A stretch of DNA of 64,000 bases from Alphaproteobacteria bacterium (GTDB lineage Bacteria > Pseudomonadota > Alphaproteobacteria > UBA828): NCBI GenBank assembly GCA_965221125.1, contig CBDCRW010000007.1, positions 320,001 to 384,000 of the forward strand. Reading direction: 5' to 3'. Below are positions 60,291-64,000 of this stretch, piece after piece. Position 1 is the stretch's first letter, and every line of letters starts with the position of its first letter. The position numbers were made by a program, and so were the translations under genes. A model generated the notes under the pieces. The model was not told where the DNA came from. It did not search any database and saw nothing but the letters and a program-made list of their open reading frames with translations.

Positions 60291-61136
60291 TCAGGAATCG
60301 TAGGGGGGCTTGGTGTGCCCCAGCGGTGAGAGGGTGAAGATCTCGTAGCCCTCCTCGGTGACGCCGATGGTGTGCTCGAACTGGGCGGAGAGCGAGCGGT
60401 CCTTGGTGACCGCGGTCCAGCCGTCGCGCAGCAGCTTCACCTGCCAGCCGCCGAGATTGATCATCGGCTCCACCGTGAAGAACATGCCGGGTGCGAGCGT
60501 GGGCCCCGTGCCGGGCTCGCCGTAGTGCAGCACGTTCGGCGCGTCGTGGAAGATGCGCCCGATGCCGTGGCCGCAAAAGTCCCGCACCACGGCGCAGCGC
60601 TTGCCCTCGGCATAGCTCTGGATGGCGTGGCCAATGTCGCCGAGCCGCGCGCCGGGCCTCACCGCGTCGATGCCGCGCATCATGGCCTCGTAGGTGACGT
60701 CGACGAGCCGGCGCGCCTTCACGCTCGGCTGGCCGACGTAAAACATGCGGCTCGTGTCCCCGTGCCAGCCGTCGAGGATCACGGTCACGTCGATGTTCAC
60801 GATGTCGCCCTTCTGCAGCCGCTTGTCGCCGGGGATGCCGTGGCAGACGACGTGGTTGACCGAGGTGCAGATGGATTTCGGGTAGCCCCGATAGCCGAGC
60901 GGGGCCGGCACCGCGCCGTGGTCGACGATGTAGTCGTGGCAGAACGTGTCGAGGGTCTCCGTCGCGACGCCGGGCTCGACCATCGGCGTCAGCGCATCGA
61001 GCACCTCCGCCGCGAGGTGGCCGGCGTCGCGCATCGCCGCGAACGCGTCCGCGCCGTGGGTCTTGATGCTCCGCTCGATGACTTGCGCGCCACTACCGGA
61101 AGACACGGCTGGCCTCGCTCGCTCGGTTCGGTCCAC
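60291..61136 (-). CDS. map: Type I methionine aminopeptidase
   Basis: VVCHGIP, NIDVT, GHGIG, SAQFEHT. Start uncertain. Confidence 0.93.
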   Translation of the reverse strand: MDRTERARPAVSSGSGAQVIERSIKTHGADAFAAMRDAGHLAAEVLDALTPMVEPGVATETLDTFCHDYIVDHGAVPAPLGYRGYPKSICTSVNHVVCHGIPGDKRLQKGDIVNIDVTVILDGWHGDTSRMFYVGQPSVKARRLVDVTYEAMMRGIDAVRPGARLGDIGHAIQSYAEGKRCAVVRDFCGHGIGRIFHDAPNVLHYGEPGTGPTLAPGMFFTVEPMINLGGWQVKLLRDGWTAVTKDRSLSAQFEHTIGVTEEGYEIFTLSPLGHTKPPYDS

Positions 61137-61217
61137 GGACGCGGCCCGCAGAAGGCCCACCCGCCGCGCACAATCTAGTCGGTATCGCGCTCCGTTCAAT
61201 AGGACCGGAGCGGCAAT

Positions 61218-61922
61218 CTAGCCCAAGTCCTCGATCGGAAGCGGCCGGTCCACCGCGATGCCCTCCGGGCATAGCCGGCAGGCGTGGGCGAGGGCCTCCA
61301 CGCCGCTCGCACGCGCCTCTGCGAAGGCAGCGGCATAGACCGGGTCGATGTCGGCGGCCAGCGCGAAGCTCTCGCAGTCCTCGCGCTGCACGATGTAGAG
61401 CATCACGGCGCGGGCGCCGCCCTCGGCCACGGCCGCCAGCTCGCGCAGGTGCTTCGTGCCGCGCGCGGTCACGCTGTCGGGGAACGCGGCGACCGGGCCC
61501 CGCTTCAGGTGGACGTTCTTGACCTCGACGTAGCAGGCCGGCCGGCCCGACGCTCCGAGCACGAAATCCACGCGCGAGCGCTCGCCATACGGGACCTCGC
61601 GGCGGATCGTGTCGTAGCCAGAAAGCGGCGGGATCGCGCCGGCCGCCATGGCTTCCTCGGCGAGCCCGTTGGGCCGGCCGGCATTGACGCCCACCAGGCC
61701 ATCGCCGATTCGCACCATCTCCCAGCTGAAGGGGAGCTTCCGCTTCGGGTTCGCGGCGGGCGAGAGCCAGGTCTCGAGCCCTACGTCCACGAGCCCCGTC
61801 ATGGCGCCGGGGTTGGCAACGTGGGCGGTGACGGTGCTGCCGTCGCCCAGGCGGTGATCGCTGAGGAAGCGCTTGTAGCGCCTGACGAGCGTCGCGCGGC
61901 GGAGGGGGAGGGGGAATTTCAT
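61218..61922 (-). CDS. sfsA: DNA/RNA nuclease SfsA
   Basis: RRYKRFL, SRVDF, EVKNV, FPDSVTARGTKHL. Confidence 0.93.
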   Translation of the reverse strand: MKFPLPLRRATLVRRYKRFLSDHRLGDGSTVTAHVANPGAMTGLVDVGLETWLSPAANPKRKLPFSWEMVRIGDGLVGVNAGRPNGLAEEAMAAGAIPPLSGYDTIRREVPYGERSRVDFVLGASGRPACYVEVKNVHLKRGPVAAFPDSVTARGTKHLRELAAVAEGGARAVMLYIVQREDCESFALAADIDPVYAAAFAEARASGVEALAHACRLCPEGIAVDRPLPIEDLG

Positions 61923-62055
61923 GGGCGTCTCATAGGCCACGCTCCGGTCTCGCCTCAAGGGCCCCGCGCCATCGCGCCATGGCCGCGCCGCGCGCGCCGC
62001 TCTATGCTCTGCGCCGCCCCGCGCCCAATCGCACGCCCAACCGAGCAGCACCGTC

Positions 62056-62832
62056 ATGTCGGAAGCCCCCGTCACCGCCGCCCTGGTCGTCATCGGCAAC
62101 GAGATCCTCTCGGGCCGGACCAAGGACGTGAACGTCGCCTATCTCGCCCGCCAGCTCACGGCCATGGGCATCCAGCTCGCCGAGGTCCGCATGGTGCGGG
62201 ACGAGGAGCGCGCGATCATCGCCGCCGTCAACACGCTGCGCGCGGCGCACGACTACGTCTTCACCACGGGCGGCATCGGCCCCACGCACGACGACATCAC
62301 CAGCGAGTCGGTGGCGCGGGCCTTCAACCTGCCCTACCGCATCCACCCAGAGGCGAGGCGCATCCTGGTGGATTTTTATCGCGACACCGGGCGCGAGCTG
62401 AACGAGGCGCGCATGCGCATGGCGCACACGCCGGAGGGCGCGACGCTGATCGAGAACCCGGTGAGCCGGGCGCCGGGTTTTCGGGTCGAGAACGTCCACG
62501 TGCTGGCGGGCATTCCGGCCGTGATGCGCGCGATGTTCGAGAGCGTGGCGCCGACGCTGAAGGGCGGGCGCACGGTCAAGTCGCGCGAGATCGCCGTGCT
62601 GCTGGGCGAGGGCGACGTGGCCGCCCGCCTCGAAGGGCTGCAGGAGCGGTTCCCGTCGCTCGAGATCGGCAGCTACCCCTTCGTCCGCGACGGCAGCTTC
62701 GGCACGACGCTGGTCTTACGCGGCACCGACGAGGGCGAGATCGCGCAAGCCGGCGACGAGCTCTGCACCATCCTGCGCGAGCTCGGCGGCGATCCGGAAT
62801 CGCCGCCCGCGCCGCCGGCACCGATCGGTTGA
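62056..62832 (+). CDS. CinA-like molybdopterin-binding domain protein
   Basis: IGNEILSGRTKD, TGGIGPTHDDIT. Confidence 0.88.
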   Translation: MSEAPVTAALVVIGNEILSGRTKDVNVAYLARQLTAMGIQLAEVRMVRDEERAIIAAVNTLRAAHDYVFTTGGIGPTHDDITSESVARAFNLPYRIHPEARRILVDFYRDTGRELNEARMRMAHTPEGATLIENPVSRAPGFRVENVHVLAGIPAVMRAMFESVAPTLKGGRTVKSREIAVLLGEGDVAARLEGLQERFPSLEIGSYPFVRDGSFGTTLVLRGTDEGEIAQAGDELCTILRELGGDPESPPAPPAPIG

Positions 62833-62916
62833 GGCAGGCGCGCGGCTTTCCGCCAGCCGGCGGTGCCGCCTGCCGGCGGTTGCTGGAGGCCGCCCAGCTT
62901 CCTATCGTGTCCCTCA

Positions 62917-63003
62917 GCCCGCGTGGCGGAATTGGTAGACGCATCGGACTTAAAATCCGTTGGCCTTCGGGCCGTCCCGGTTCGAGTCCGGGCGCGGGCA
63001 CCA
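62917..63003 (+). tRNA. tRNA-Leu (anticodon TAA)
   Basis: GCCCGCG acceptor stem, loop CTTAAAA, long variable arm, GGTTCGAGTCC, encoded CCA. Confidence 0.96.
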
Positions 63004-63026
63004 GCGCTCCGTAATCAGAATCCCGA

Positions 63027-63902
63027 ATGAGCGATCCGCCCGACAGCTACACGCAGCATGCGGCTCTCTTCACCAGGGTCTACGACCTGAACGATCCGAG
63101 CCCCTATTTCTCCACGCTGAGGCCGACCGGCTACCGGATGCCGGTGGCGCTGGCGGGCGCGCTGCGGGCGGTCCATGCGCCGCTCCGTGCCGCGCGCGGC
63201 GCGGAGGAGCGCCCGCGCGTGCTGGACTTCGCCTGCGGCTACGGCGTCATCGGCGCGCTGCTGCGCCACGACATCGCCATGCCGGAGATCTACGCCCGGT
63301 ACGGCGAGCGGCAGTGGCAGCCGGAGGACGGCCGGCGCTATTGGGAGGGGGATGCCGCGTTCTTCGGCGCCCGGCGGGCGGAGCGGGCTGCGTTCGAGAT
63401 CGGCGGTATCGACATTGCGGGGAACGCGCTCGACTACGCGTCCGCCTTGGGCTTCGTCGATCGGGCCTTTCACGAAGACCTCGTGGAGGACGCGCCGAGC
63501 GACGCCGTGCGGGACTTCCTTCGCGGCGTGGACCTGGTGGTCGAGAGCGGCGCGTTGGGCGTGATGCTGCCGGCCGCGTTCGCGCGGGTTCTCGATGGCG
63601 CCGGCGAGGCGCGGCCCTGGTTTCTCTACAGCCCCCGCCCCGACGTGAACTGGTCCGCGCTGAACGCGCTGTGGGCCGAGCGGGGCTACCGGGCGGAAAG
63701 CGTCTGCTCGCGGCCGGTGCGCTATCGCAGGCCGCTGGACGAGCAGGAGCGGGCGGACATGCTTCGCCGCTCGCGCGGGTTCGGCAAGGCGGACGAGACC
63801 ATCGTCCGCGACGGCTACTTCCTGGTCGACATGACCCTGGCGCGGCCCGAGGCCGATACCGGCAACCCGCCGATCGCCGCGCTGCGCCGGAGTTACGACT
63901 AA
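63027..63902 (+). CDS. Class I SAM-dependent methyltransferase-like protein
   Basis: VLDFACGYG, GIDIA. Confidence 0.7.
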   Translation: MSDPPDSYTQHAALFTRVYDLNDPSPYFSTLRPTGYRMPVALAGALRAVHAPLRAARGAEERPRVLDFACGYGVIGALLRHDIAMPEIYARYGERQWQPEDGRRYWEGDAAFFGARRAERAAFEIGGIDIAGNALDYASALGFVDRAFHEDLVEDAPSDAVRDFLRGVDLVVESGALGVMLPAAFARVLDGAGEARPWFLYSPRPDVNWSALNALWAERGYRAESVCSRPVRYRRPLDEQERADMLRRSRGFGKADETIVRDGYFLVDMTLARPEADTGNPPIAALRRSYD

Positions 63903-63918
63903 GGCGGCCCTGCCCACT

Positions 63919-63938
63919 CCCCGGACGATGGTGCGGTG
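63919..63938 (+). promoter_or_regulatory. Phage late-promoter palindrome copy 4
   Basis: CCCCGGACGATGGTGCGGTG followed by CAC, as in copies 1 and 2. Confidence 0.55.
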
Positions 63939-63948
63939 CACGGTGCTG

Positions 63949-63991
63949 CCCCACCTCCCCCTGTCCCCCTCCCCCCGGAGGGCGGAGGGGG
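63949..63991. repeat. Double-hairpin REP-like element, cut by the window end
   Basis: CCCCACCTCCCCCTGTCCCCCTCCCCCCGGAGGGCGGAGGGGG. Confidence 0.85.
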
Positions 63992-64000
63992 AACGCAAGT

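Noticed and set aside
62177-62200. CCGCATGGTGCGG as a fifth promoter motif
   Set aside because: It lies inside the cinA-like CDS, with the wrong dyad spacing and left half-site.

Overview
High-GC chromosomal window, probably alphaproteobacterial (inferred from repeat families and gene content). Housekeeping and catabolic blocks: a BacNav-type channel, a Cache-domain autotransporter, an MrpA-less Mrp Na+/H+ antiporter operon, Mo-hydroxylase accessory genes followed by phnW and pyc, a MetE-like enzyme with rubredoxin, a hydantoinase/oxoprolinase plus ABC peptide-type transporter operon, dps, acyl-CoA dehydrogenases, two TA pairs, nsrR with an IS1380-disrupted nirK, a fused E1 alpha-beta dehydrogenase, radC-map-sfsA, cinA-like and tRNA-Leu(TAA). 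The most striking signal is a transposable (B3/BcepMu/Mu-like) phage gene set that lacks transposase and is dispersed among host genes: repressor/Cro/Gam/Mor plus lysis genes at 39.7-44.3 kb, and terminase plus a portal fragment at 22.2-26.1 kb. These pieces share a 20-bp palindrome (consensus CCCCGsACCATGGTGCGGTG) present four times. Three copies lie exactly 33 nt before an apparently leaderless ATG and the fourth is at the window's right edge, suggesting a domesticated Mor-activated regulon. Three families of small palindromic repeats are present, including a ~240-bp CTAG-bounded MITE that supplies stop codons. All calls come from reading motifs by eye; no searches were run.
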